64,000 bases of DNA from Lama glama. Lineage: Eukaryota. The stretch is from NCBI GenBank assembly GCA_028534125.1, contig CM052816.1:101246001-101310000 (forward strand). The letters are read 5' to 3'. Under the pieces are notes generated by a model. That model was not told the DNA's origin, ran no database searches, and worked only from the letters and a program-made list of their open reading frames with translations. Positions 35,877 through 47,339 of this stretch are shown here, in pieces. A program made the translations under genes and the position numbers. Each line of letters opens with the position of its first letter. Position 1 is the stretch's first letter.

Positions 35877-36679
35877 GTAAGTGTCGCTGTCCGGCACCGA
35901 GCCTAGGGCCAGGCTGCGGGAGGGACACTGTCAGATGTGCTTTCCTGCCCAGCTCTGAGCCCCACTCATTCACTCCATGAGCTGCCAGCTGGCCCGTTGC
36001 CTCTGACTCGCTTATGGTTGCCTAAACCTTTGTCCTCAGATCTCCTGTCACTGTCAGTTTCCCCCGTAAGTACAGCTGGCAGATGCACCAGCCTGCATAA
36101 TCCCGTGACTCTGCACCATGGGGCCCCGTTAAGTCATGACCTGTCACCTGGAAACAGCTGTGATAAGAACTGTCCCCTTGTTGATTTCCCAGTGGCTCCA
36201 GGGGTCTCGTCATCAGGTTTTCCCTTTTGTAAAATTTAACTCTCATCTTCGAGTGTGTAACGCATTCCCCTAGTTCCCAGTGTGAAAGCAGCAGCCGGAG
36301 CACTGGGGCAAGGCCCCTGCCCGCTCCCGGGCGCCGAGGGTGGAGGCGCTTCTCACCACATCACGGGCCACCCACGTCAGTGCAGGTGGCCCCGTGCTCT
36401 TTGCCACCTGGATGTTGTTCCACCGTGTCCCAGGTCCCCGTTGTCTCACCCTCCTTCTGGTGGCCCTGGGGTCTCCCACCCAGGGCTGCGGCTGGGCGGG
36501 GAAACAGCAGAGCTTGTGAGGACCCCATGCTTCCCTCAGGGAGGCATGTCCTCCACTGTTGTGACAAGTGACTGCAGACGCTGGGAGTCGGGGGATCCTG
36601 AGAGGCACAGCCGGCGTCTCTGAGGCGCCTTTAGTCCTGGGGGTGCAGGTTGTGAGGCGACTCCAAATCTGACCCCCAG

Positions 36680-36758
36680 GGTCCAGCTGGGGAAGACTGT
36701 GCACTACCTGCCCATCCTCTTCATTGACCAGCTCAGCAACCGCGTGAAGGACCTCGTG
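36680..36758 (+). CDS. CLPTM1L: CLPTM1L exon 5
   Basis: 79 nt; VQLGKTVHYLPILFIDQLSNRVKDLV; AG/GT. Confidence 0.96.
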
Positions 36759-38270
36759 GTGAGTGGGTGTCACTCCCTGGACCCGCTGCTCCTGCGTGTT
36801 TCAGGGGGCTCGGGGTTGCTGCTGATCGGCACCCCCTGCCTGTGTCTCGCACGCCCAGTGAAGGGCTCTGGAAGGACCCTTGGTTCAGTGTGTGGATGGC
36901 GGGTGCACAGCTCCTGTCTTCACACGAGGCCACGTGCTCGTCAGGAAAGTCTCGGCAAAGCCTGCCTCCTCTGGGACTGTCCTGCCGTGTTGGTGGCTTG
37001 CTCTCTGTGGAGGTGTGTCCCTGTTGTGCGGGGGCCTGTTTAGGTGACCTCTCCAGCTGAGGTCCCCTACCCAGCGTTTTCTGGCCTGCACCGCGGGCAG
37101 ACCTCAGCTGCACTGGGTTCTGCTGACTCGCACAGTGCCTTGGGTGCGAGGGGCTGTCGGTCACAGCCAGCAAGGCCCTTGGAGCCGGCCCCATGCAGGC
37201 CCTTGGGAGGCTGTGGGGAGAGACAGTCTGCCCGGGTTGCTGGAGGCACCTCTGTTCTTGTGACCACCTGGGGGATGCAGTTTAGTCAAAGGCCTGGCAT
37301 CAGCAGTGCTGTGTTCAGACACAGAGTCGTGCGCACCCAGCGGGCTCCCTCCCAGACCATTTCTCTGGCCAGTAGTCCTTGGTCTCGCTTGGAGCCACCT
37401 TTCAGAGGGAATGCTGTCTTTGGAGAGACACAAGCTCACTGGGGTGACAGGGCCTAGACAGTGCCCCCGGACGGGCCTGGCCTGCCACCTGCCTGCCGAG
37501 GCTGGTGTGCTGCCCAGGGGATGGGGGACCAACGTCAGGGCTGGGTGTCCAGTCCATCCTGGCCCATCTGGTTGCCGGGCTCCTGCCACTCACTGTCTGC
37601 TGTGAGTGTCGTGAGTGAGGTGGGGCCCAGGGAGCAGACCGCACCCTGCCACGAGGTGCCGTGGGACGTGGCGCTCCTGTGGAGGGGTTACTGCTCTCCC
37701 CACTTCCCCCCTTCCCACACACACGTCAGTTCTGTGCACACTCAAGAGCTCAGCTCAGGTGCCACCTCTTCCTGAAGCTCCCGCTGTCCCAGTGCGTGTG
37801 ACTGCCCTGCCCTGCTGTCCCAAGTGCAGCCTCTCCCGAGCGCTCGACCCTATGTGCAGGCAGGGTCTCACAGCCACCCTCTCATGTCCATCCTGGGGAG
37901 AGGCTGAGGCTCCTGCAGGCTGGTGCTCAACCCGGAGACACAGGCTGCTGGTGGTGCCGTGCACACCCACAAAGCCCCAGCTCATGGGGCTGTGACACAT
38001 ATGAGACACACACGGGTCAAGTCATTGAGAGGGGATGAGTGCTGGCCGCTCGGAGAGGGCTGGGAGGGCTTCCTGGAGGAGGTGCCCTGCTTGGTTCCAA
38101 GAGGACAGCATGGGGATGGGACCCCGGGTAGGGGAGGAGGGGCGAAGGTGGGAGACTGGCCTTGGATCCAGCCAGATCCACCGTGGCTGCGTGGGTCTGG
38201 GTCGGAGCAGAGCCTAGGGCAGGCCTGGGGTGTGTGGCCAGATGGCCCTCATGACCGCCCTTCCTGCCAG

Positions 38271-38388
38271 GTCATCAACCGCTCCACCACGGAGCTGCCC
38301 CTCACCGTGTGCTACGACAGGATCTCGCTAGGGAGGCTGCGCTTCTGGATCCACATGCAGGACGCTGTGTTCTCGCTGCAGCAGTTCG
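38271..38388 (+). CDS. CLPTM1L: CLPTM1L exon 6
   Basis: 118 nt; VINRSTTELPLTVCYDRISLGRLRFWIHMQDAVFSLQQF; AG/GT. Confidence 0.96.
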
Positions 38389-38666
38389 GTGAGGACGCCG
38401 GGTGGGCCGCCCTGGGGTGGGGGGTGGTTCCCCGCAAACCTGGCAGGCTGGAGCCTGAGATGCAGGTTCCTCACTCCGGTTCCACTCTGGGAGTGCAGGC
38501 GTCCGTGAGGACGTTCTCCCGGAGCACCTGGGGGTCTGTCTAGTCGCACTTTACATAACAGACCCCTTTTGACTGGGAGCTCCTGCCAACACGGCGCAGA
38601 TCCCGCCTTCGGGGCTCCCACGTCGCTCGTGGTCCCCCGGCTCATGTGGGGTCTCCTTCTCCACAG

Positions 38667-38761
38667 GGTTTTCCGAGAAGGACGCAGACGAGGTGAAAGG
38701 GATCTTCGTGGACACCAATCTGTACTTCCTGGCCTTGACGTTCTTCGTGGCAGCGTTTCAC
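38667..38761 (+). CDS. CLPTM1L: CLPTM1L exon 7
   Basis: 95 nt; [32 protein letters not shown]; AG/GT. Confidence 0.96.
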
Positions 38762-39211
38762 GTGAGTGGTCCTGGGAAGGCCGGGCACGCGTGGGCAGCT
38801 CCCTAGCTGGGCCGTGTGGTCTGCACGCCGGGACTTCCTTCCCCCGCACCTCAGGCCCTGAGCACCTATGGGACAAGGGGTTTTGTCTGCTGGTTTTGGA
38901 AGCCGTTTTGAAAAGAATTCAAAACCAACAAGATGGATGAATGATTTGTAGAACAAGCGTTTGCTTGGGTAGGGTCTAATGTGGCAATTCTCGCAGTGAC
39001 AAACCAGGCCCACCGGTAGGGTCCCTGTGGGACAGGCAGAGGTGTCGCGGGGTGGGGGGGCCTCAAGGCACAGGCCTGGCAGTCGGCCGCCAGTCGGACT
39101 GAGACTGGCCTGAGCTGTGCAGGGAGACGTGGGTTTTCCTGAGCTGTGGCGTCTCGGGGCAGAGCAGCAGGGAGAGCCTGAGGGGCCGCTTGCCGTCTCG
39201 TCTTCCTTCAG

Positions 39212-39296
39212 CTGCTCTTTGACTTCCTGGCATTTAAAAATGACATCAGCTTCTGGAAGAAGAAAAAGAGCATGACCGGCATGTCCTCCAAGGCAG
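39212..39296 (+). CDS. CLPTM1L: CLPTM1L exon 8
   Basis: 85 nt; LLFDFLAFKNDISFWKKKKSMTGMSSKA; AG/GT. Confidence 0.96.
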
Positions 39297-40047
39297 GTGG
39301 GTGCCCAGGGCCCCCGGCCACAGAGCGCGCCCCCCCAGCACCGCAGGCCCGCCGCTTCTCGTGGGGCCTGTGCTGTGTGACCGCCTCTCGTTCACGAGGT
39401 GCCTTGGAGCCCGCGTCCTAACAGCCCGGCCGTGTGAGCCTGCGACCGCGGAGGACGGGGCCCCGCCCGGGTGACAGGTGGCACAGGTGCTGGCTCTCAG
39501 TGCCATGTGTCGGGTCGTGGTCTCCTGTGGCCGCCAAGCTGAGTCTCAGATGAGGGAGGCCGTTCTCTTCATCCCGTGGGAATAACACTGAGGGGTGGTC
39601 TGGGTGCTTGGGTGCCCCCCCGCCCCCAGCCTTTTCAGGCTGTGGCGTGAGCAGTGTGTGTCCCTGGGCCTGACCTCCCCCGAGAGGGGTGCACGGCAGG
39701 GCCTGGAGCACAGCCTGAAAGGACGGGCAGGTTTTAAAACAAACTCGGGATCATAGACTCAGCGTGAAAGCAGGAACGTGTGGGGCTGGACCTGGGGAGG
39801 CAGGGCTGCGATCGAGTCAGGAGCCGGTTTCCTCCGTGGGCCTGTGCAGCTGTGTGTACAAGTGTAACTGCCACACCAGCCGAGTGCCTTCTGCGGTCCA
39901 GCCCTTCAGTCATTTCACACCTCCCGTGGCTGCACGTGGCCCGCTGTTCCCTTTCAGTGGATGGAGGGGAAGCGTGGTTGAAGCTGCACGCGTGCGCCCC
40001 CCACCCCCGCTCAGCCCCGCCCACTCAGCCCCTCTCTCTGCCCCTAG

Positions 40048-40151
40048 TGCTCTGGCGCTGCTTCAGCACGGTGGTCATCTTCCTGTTCCTGCTGGACGAG
40101 CAGACGAGCCTGCTGGTGCTGGTCCCTGCGGGCATTGGAGCCGCCATCGAG
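40048..40151 (+). CDS. CLPTM1L: CLPTM1L exon 9
   Basis: 104 nt; [35 protein letters not shown]; AG/GT. Confidence 0.96.
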
Positions 40152-41026
40152 GTGCGTCGCCCCCAGGGCTTGTGTGGTCTGAGCTCCCATGTGTGGCTGT
40201 CCCTGGGCCTCAGCCCCGGTGCTGTCGGAACCCACATCCCTGGCCGAGGAGGGTGGGGCCCCCTCGGAGGGCACGGGCGCGGCTGCCGGCCAGAGCAGCA
40301 GACTGCCCTGTGTTTCTTGTCGTCTGGAAGCTTGGGCTCCTCCCATCTTCCCGCAGGTCATGTTCACCCCATGGCTCTGGCTGTGCTGGGTGCCGTCCCG
40401 GAGACACGTGGCAGGCAGGCGCCCCGTGACCTGCTGGTTGTATGGGGCTCAGGGAAAGCAGCCTTGTGGGTCTGGGGCACTCGGGGCCGAGAGTGGAGCT
40501 GGGGTTGGGGCACAGGAGCAGTGAAGGGGTGGCCGGCCAGGATCTCCCCGCTCTGCGTGTCCCAGGCCCTGCCTGCGGCTGGCTGGGACCCTCCCATGGC
40601 CACAAGTCACTGCACAGACACCAACCTCACGGGCCGTTGTGCTTGTCCTGTCTTAGCGAGGCGGCCCGTGGGGTCGGTCCTGGAGAGACCCCACAATGGC
40701 AGGACATGGGGCTGGGGTCTCCCAGGTACCAGGGGAAGGTGCTGAGGCTAATTTGGAAGCAGGCAGGGTGGGGCGAGCTGGCTGAGTGCAGAGGAGCAGG
40801 GAGAGAACTTGGCCAGAGGAGGACAGCCCAGCTGGTGCCGTCCCGGTGGCGCCGAGCAGGTGGCTGGGTCCATGTGGGCGGACAGGCTGGATGCCGTGAG
40901 TGTGAGCAGCAGAGGGAAGCGGCGCCATCAGGTGGGCAGGGGTGTGGGGCCCTGAGCCGGCCCTGAGTGTGCCGTGGCCTCCCCCTGGTCCCGGAACCTC
41001 ATCGCCCACTCTTCGTTCCCCCTCAG

Positions 41027-41092
41027 CTGTGGAAAGTGAAGAAGGCCTTGAAGATGACGGTCGTCTGGAGGGGCCTGAGGCCCACGTTTCAG
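41027..41092 (+). CDS. CLPTM1L: CLPTM1L exon 10
   Basis: 66 nt; LWKVKKALKMTVVWRGLRPTFQ; AG/GT. Confidence 0.95.
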
Positions 41093-41983
41093 GTGGGAGC
41101 TCTGCCGTCGGAACCCTCCCGTCCTCCGGGTTCTGCGCCCCACCTCCTCTCCGGCCGGCCCGCTCGCGGGGCCAGGTTGTCTGCTGTCACGTTTCTCAGC
41201 TATGTCCCCAGCGGATGTGGGACGTGAGGGCAGGCGAGCGTCACTTGGTCACTCACTGATCTCTTGTCTGCGGACTGGTGGGAACACAGGCGTCTGGGAG
41301 CGGGGAGGGTGGGGCGGGTCACCGCTCTGCAGCTCTGCCCACCAGCGACCTGGGCGTTCTCACTACCCTGGGGTCCCAGGCCTGGCCCTGCCCGCATGCA
41401 AGCTGCTCTCCCACCTCCCTAACAAGACAGGATGCTGGCTGGCCAGGTGCAGGTGTGGCATCCATGCTTCCCGCTCCTGCAGCAGGTGTGCTGCTGCCCG
41501 CAGCACGGTCCACGCTGGTCCCACACGGCTGTGCTGGGGGTCACTAGCTTCCTGGGAAGATTGGGTGGGGCTGGATGTCAGTATGAGGTTTCTGGTCGGG
41601 GCCCTCACTCCTCTTCTCACGATGGGCTTAAATCAAGGAACCTTAGTCTGCGTGGCCTTCAGGTTTCCAGGTCGAGGGCGGGACACCTGGAGGTGGGGTG
41701 CAGTTTGTTTTGTTCTAAGGCCAGTGACCCACCTTTACTGATTTAAGAGCAATGTTTTCACTGCAAACCCAGCGGGACTGGGGACAGGAAGTGGCCGCGA
41801 GGAGTGAGGCACGTGGCGGGCTGCTTCTGGCCACGTCGGGCGATGGGGCTGGTGGGTCGGGGCCTCTGCGCCCCGTGCTCTGAAGTTGGGGGGCTTCCAC
41901 GTCAGCCACACTCAGCTCCGGGCACAGCCTCTGATGCCTGTTTGGCCAGTTAATTAACACGACTGTGTTGAATGTCACAACAG

Positions 41984-42034
41984 TTTGGCACGTACAGCGA
42001 GTCTGAGAGGAAGACTGAGGAGTACGACACTCAG
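41984..42034 (+). CDS. CLPTM1L: CLPTM1L exon 11
   Basis: 51 nt; FGTYSESERKTEEYDTQ; AG/GT. Confidence 0.95.
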
Positions 42035-42636
42035 GTGGGCGGAGCTGCGCGCTGGGCGGGGTCCTGCGGCGACTCCCCCTTGGGAGGAGGGCGGCTGGGC
42101 CGGTCCCCTGTGTGTGGCTGCGGGCCTGTCACGGGGCCGTGGGCCTCCCAGGGGCCCCCATGTCCTGAGGCCATCGCTTTCCCCACCGTGGGAACCCGCA
42201 GGTTTCAGCTGGATTTCACGTAGCACTTCCCGCACAGGGATGATTGTGTTTTCCGGTTTAGGGGGCATCGCCTGCCTCCTAGTTTTGGGGGGAATTTGAA
42301 AAAGTTTAGATCAGAACAAACAGTGATGAAGCATGTCTGCTAGAAGGCAGTTGGACACCGGCTCTGGGAGCGTTTCTCCAGAGTCCTGTCTGAGACGCTT
42401 GCTCGCTGGCCTGAGGGTTGTCAGTGTGGCCGGTTCTGGCCCCGCGCGGACGCGTCCTGCTGCCATGTGGTCGCGGTGGGGACGCCCTGAGGTCTGGACA
42501 GATGTGCGCTGTCCTCCAGCACAGCCTCGCGCAGGCCGGCCGCTGGGCTCCCGGGCGTGCGCCCTCTGTCTGCAGTGTAGTGAGCGGCGCCTGCGCGGGC
42601 CTGGCGGCGGCGCTGACAAGTCTCTGTTGGCTGCAG

Positions 42637-42719
42637 GCCATGAGGTACCTGTCTTACCTTCTCTATCCGCTGTGTGTCGGGGGCGCCGCCTACTCTCTGC
42701 TGAACGTCAAGTACAAGAG
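42637..42719 (+). CDS. CLPTM1L: CLPTM1L exon 12
   Basis: 83 nt; AMRYLSYLLYPLCVGGAAYSLLNVKYK; AG/GT. Confidence 0.96.
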
Positions 42720-43083
42720 GTGAGAGCCCGCTGCCCGGGTGCCCACAGTGACGGGCCGCCTGCCGCTGTGCGTCGTCGCTGCAGCGTGGACGGTGGCTGG
42801 GCTGACCCCGGGCCTCGCGGGGTCGGGAACATTTGTGGGAGCAGAACTGAATGCACAGCCTGCGGCCCTGACGGCTCTGCGCAGTTGGCTGTGGTTCCCC
42901 TCCCCCTGGAAGTCTTGGGGGGAAAAGCCTGTTGGGGCTGCGTCTCCACCCGCGCCTCGGTGGGCGCTCCCGGGAAGCAGCTGTCACAGCAGCGTCTGGG
43001 CAGGGCCTCGGGCGAGGGCAAGGGGTGCAGCCATTAACTGCCAACATGGGCGCAGCCGCCCCTCACCGCCTCTTCCCTTCCAG

Positions 43084-43118
43084 CTGGTACTCCTGGTTGA
43101 TCAACAGCTTCGTCAATG
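43084..43118 (+). CDS. CLPTM1L: CLPTM1L exon 13
   Basis: 35 nt; SWYSWLINSFVN; AG/GT. Confidence 0.95.
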
Positions 43119-43607
43119 GTGAGTCCTGCGTCTCCCGCCTCAGCCTCAGCGTTGGCCGCATGTTCCTTTGTCGCACTGCTGCGTGACCCCAGGGCGGTGC
43201 GAGGCTCCCCGCCAGGCCCTGCCCCGCCCCACGCTAGGCCCCGTGTGGCCCGGTGTGTCTGCAAGACCAGCCGGGGGCGGCGTGCTCTTCAGGGAGCAGT
43301 TCCCCGGACTGTAAATGCTACCTTAGAGCACAAGGGTCCCAGCCCGCCTGCTCTCCAGGCCTGTCCTGACCACACTGCTTTCTGGTGGCAGTTAGGGGCC
43401 AGCTGGGCCGTCCACACAGCAGGAGGGCCGTGATCACCAGGTGCGGGGCAGGAGCCCTGTCACAGCCCCCAGCACCGGCTCGGCCCCTGGGCGTGGGGGT
43501 GGTTCACTGGGGTGCCCACGCTGCGGGTGTGGGTGGTCCTGTTGCCCAGAGATGCGCAGGTCGGCTGGTCATGCGCACAAGTCTCCGCGCCGCGTCTGTC
43601 TCCCCAG

Positions 43608-43663
43608 GGGTCTACGCTTTTGGCTTCCTGTTCATGCTGCCCCAGCTCTTCGTGAACTACAAG
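43608..43663 (+). CDS. CLPTM1L: CLPTM1L exon 14
   Basis: 56 nt; GVYAFGFLFMLPQLFVNYK; AG/GT. Confidence 0.96.
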
Positions 43664-43737
43664 GTAAGACGCCCCTGTCCCCACGGTCCCTGTCCCCATG
43701 TGCCCAGTCCCTGACGCGCCCTGTCTCCTGTCCCCAG

Positions 43738-43782
43738 ATGAAGTCAGTGGCGCACCTGCCCTGGAAGGCCTTCACCTACAAG
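43738..43782 (+). CDS. CLPTM1L: CLPTM1L exon 15
   Basis: 45 nt; MKSVAHLPWKAFTYK; AG/GT. Confidence 0.96.
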
Positions 43783-44472
43783 GTCAGTGCTTCACCTGCT
43801 GAGGCCACACACACTCGCCCTTGGGCTGCACTCCTGGGGGAATGTCTGGGGGTCCCCCTTAGAAAGCTCTGAAGTTACCGTGGGGACTTTAAAGGTCCGC
43901 GTTTGTCACAGCAGCAGCAGATGTCCCCTTGAGTTAAAAGCCGTGTTGTTTCTCGGCAGTTGTTAGCTGAGGACAGACAAGTACCCATGGCCTGGCGTCC
44001 AGGGTGCTGGCTCCACGTCAACCCAGACAGTGGGTCTGCTCACCCCCCGGCCAGTCTGGGTGCGTTGTGGCCGGTCCCACATGCAGGGAGGCTGGACCCT
44101 GTGGCCCTCTGGTGCTGCTGGGACACATGACCCGGCTGTGAATTAGAGCCTCGGTGTTGGGGTGGGGGGCGGTTAAAATTCCTTCGGTTTTCTGAGCAAA
44201 ACAGCTGTTCCTGGACAGGCTGCACCGTGTCGTCACCCTGGGTTCCCAGGCAGTTCTAGGTCCCGGGTGTGGGGAACCGGGTAGGGAGTACCCGGCTGTG
44301 GGGTCTGAGCCGGGCGGGTGTCAGGGCACCAGGGCCCCCTTGCTGGCTCCCTGCTTTGTGGGGCAGCTCTGAGGCTCGAGTCGGCGGTGCAGGTGCTGGG
44401 GGACGACGCGCCCGGTAGCTCAGGCGGGCGCGGGGGGCAGCACGTCCGTCTCACGGCCCTGCCCCCACGCAG

Positions 44473-44588
44473 GCCTTCAACACCTTCATTGACGACGTCT
44501 TCGCCTTCATCATCACCATGCCCACCTCCCACCGGCTGGCCTGCTTCAGGGACGACGTGGTGTTCCTCGTCTACCTCTACCAGCGGTG
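44473..44588 (+). CDS. CLPTM1L: CLPTM1L exon 16
   Basis: 116 nt; AFNTFIDDVFAFIITMPTSHRLACFRDDVVFLVYLYQRW; AG/GT. Confidence 0.97.
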
Positions 44589-45051
44589 GTGAGCGTGGGC
44601 CGAGGCGCGGCTGTGCGGGGTGGATGGGCGCATCTGCACACGCTCGCACCCGGGCCTGCCCGCAGGGAAGGCAGCTGTTGGGTGGCATGTGTTGCCCAGG
44701 TTAGGGCCCAGTTTCTGTCCGAGTGATCTGTACCCCTGTGAGCGTCTCTCCCCGAAGCGTGTGGCTGGAGCTGCTCTGGCGGAACAGGCAGGCGGCCGCC
44801 GCCTGGCCCCTGTGCTGCGCTCCGCGTCGAAGTCTGTGGGTGGGGGTCCCGGCCCTGCCTCTACTCTGGCACAGCTGTCCTCGTCCTCCTGTGGGCCGTG
44901 AGAGCAGAGCTCGGGCCTGACGGTTACAGAACCACCAGGAGGGCACCAGACAGCCGTACACTCCCAACTGCCGCGTGTTGGTCATCGGGCACTGAGGACT
45001 GGCCTCCCTCCCTCGCCAGCCAGGCTTGACGTGCCCTGGACCCCATTGCAG

Positions 45052-45124
45052 GCTTTATCCTGTGGATAAGAGCAGAGTGAACGAGTTCGGCGAGTCCTAC
45101 GAGGAGAAGCCCCGCACGGACTAG
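45052..45124 (+). CDS. CLPTM1L: CLPTM1L exon 17, coding part
   Basis: LYPVDKSRVNEFGESYEEKPRTD-TAG; the 17 exons sum to 1605 nt in frame. Confidence 0.96.
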
Positions 45125-45533
45125 CTGCGCGCAGCAGGCCTGGGTGCCGGCCGCGCGTCCGGACGCTCTTGGTGGGACTCCTGGACGCCCCCTCTTCTGC
45201 GTTGCCAAAGTCTCCGAAGGCCCTCACGTCGTGTCTGGGACATGCGGGCAGCACTTAGGACGCCCCCAGCGTGCAATGCGTCGCCTGTCACCATGGGCGC
45301 ACCCAGTGTCTGCGGGGGCGGCGCCGTCACTGCCACGTATGCCGCCCGCCCGCCCGCAGACGCCGCGCAGGGAGGCACGGATTCAGTCTCACGCCGTCCG
45401 TGAGTGCTCCCGGAAGGAACGTCAAACGCCTCTTTAAATCCATTCCGTGTAGACTCTGGGGTCAAAGGCTTTTTTCCTTTTTGTTTAAAATTTGGTTGTT
45501 TTAAAGCTTAATGTATGTATGTTTCTATTTTAA

Positions 45534-45539
45534 AATAAA
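45534..45539 (+). terminator. CLPTM1L: CLPTM1L polyadenylation signal
   Basis: AATAAA preceded by a U-rich tract and tandem TGTA (CFIm) motifs at about 45512-45519. Confidence 0.85.
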
Positions 45540-47339
45540 TTTCTCTGGCTGTCACATTTGTGCCAGCCTGGCACTGCGTGGAAGCTGTTTCAGATGCATG
45601 CGTGGGTTCACCGCACTCCTGGAAGTGAGCACACGACGTACGCCTGTGAGAAGGTGCAGATTTAAAGACTGACTCCAAGCCTTCAGGTCGTGGCTGCTCT
45701 TAAGCAATCACGCCTGCTGTTGCATCATCGCACTCGTGAGGAGTCAGATGGACCGGGGCTCTCGGTAGAGAAATGCTCTAGGGTAGCACGGCGGGAGAAG
45801 AGCAGGCAATCCAGTCTCCGTCATCCTGAGGTCACCCTGGCGGGCTGTGGTCTCAGAAGGCCATCAGTGGCCCTGCCCCGGCATGTGTGGCTGAGGTGGT
45901 GGCCGCTGGAGGTGGCCCTTGTGGTCAGGACCATGTGCCCCTCCACATGTCCCCACACAGAACCGACCGAGGGGTCAGCAGCGGCCAGCAGAGCCCAGTG
46001 GCCTCGCTCCACTTGAGAGGAACGTCTGGGGTCTTCCAGGCAGGGCCCCACAGTCGGATCCTCCAGCCAGGCCACGTGGAGGGCACTCGCTGAGGGTCAG
46101 GTTGCCACGGGGTCCCGCCCTCCCCACGCCCACGGGTTTTCAGTCGCTCGTTTTATTTGGGGCTGGGGGCTTCTCTGAGATCCGTGGGGCACTGATGCGA
46201 CTCGTGGCGGACGGAAGCCCGTGCCCAGGGGCTCCGGCACGAGCCACACACAGTGGCGCTCAGGCCTGTGGCCCAGCTCCGTAAAGGTGGCGTCCGGCGA
46301 AGCTCGGCTGTGCCTTGGAAGCCGCGCGGCCGGCCCTCGGCCCTCTCGGCTTCAGATTCAGGGGGAGACGCTGTCGGGGGGGCTGTTGTTTCTGCCGAGG
46401 CACCTGCCTTTGTTCCAGCGGGCATAAAGGTCGTCACAAGCAGTGCTGTGGACCTGACGGCGGGCCCAAGTGCCGGGTTTCCGGACGCGGTGGTGGGGGA
46501 GCCCTGCGGGCAGTCAGCGGGGTGCACGTCCCGCTCCTCGGCCGCTCAGTCGTCGCCAAGAGGCCTGAGCCCTGGGTCTTGGGGCCCCCAGGCTGCAGAT
46601 CCTGTTGCCCGTGGGCCGCCTTGTCGGCTGGCTGCTGAAGTCACGTTCTTTTAAGACATGTTTAGTTGATAGAAAGTCACAGGTTGTTCTTTCTAAAAGC
46701 TGTAATTGCATGTTTATCTTATTTTTTAAGATAAGCAGGACTTTAAATATTTAGGCAGAGTGTGAGAATGAGGCCTTAAGCCCTGCCAGCTTCAGGACTG
46801 GGCATTCTGGCTCCCGATTCGCCGTCAGGCCGTGCTCTCGTCACTGCAGTGTCCTAAGGGTGAATCGGCTGTGCTGAGTGACCCCCCCCCGGCCCGTGCA
46901 GGCCTGCCCACCCCCTGCCCATGGTGCCCGTGCCCGCGGCCTGAGCGAGCAGCCGTCTGGACCCCCAGGGGTCTCCCAGTTCCTCCCAACTGGCCGTGGT
47001 GCTGCCTGGGTGGGTTTTTTCCTGGAGCATCCTTGATCCTCATAACATGAAGGCCATTTGTGATGACTTCAGGGTTTTCAGGAGCACGTCATTCTCAAGT
47101 TGTTTGTTACAGGCCTTAGACACTGTTAACTCTCCTACTCTGAGACAGATTACTGGGGACAGGTGGAAAGCTTGCAGTCGACTAGGACACCAGGGGGAGC
47201 TCAGCTCCTGATTTCGGCCAGGGCTCCACACCTGCCTGGGCAGGTGGGCGCCTCCAACTTGAAGCGGTGGCTGCCCTGAATGAGCGTGGGAGCCTGCCTT
47301 CACCCCTCAGCACACACCACCCCTGTTATAGAAGAGATG

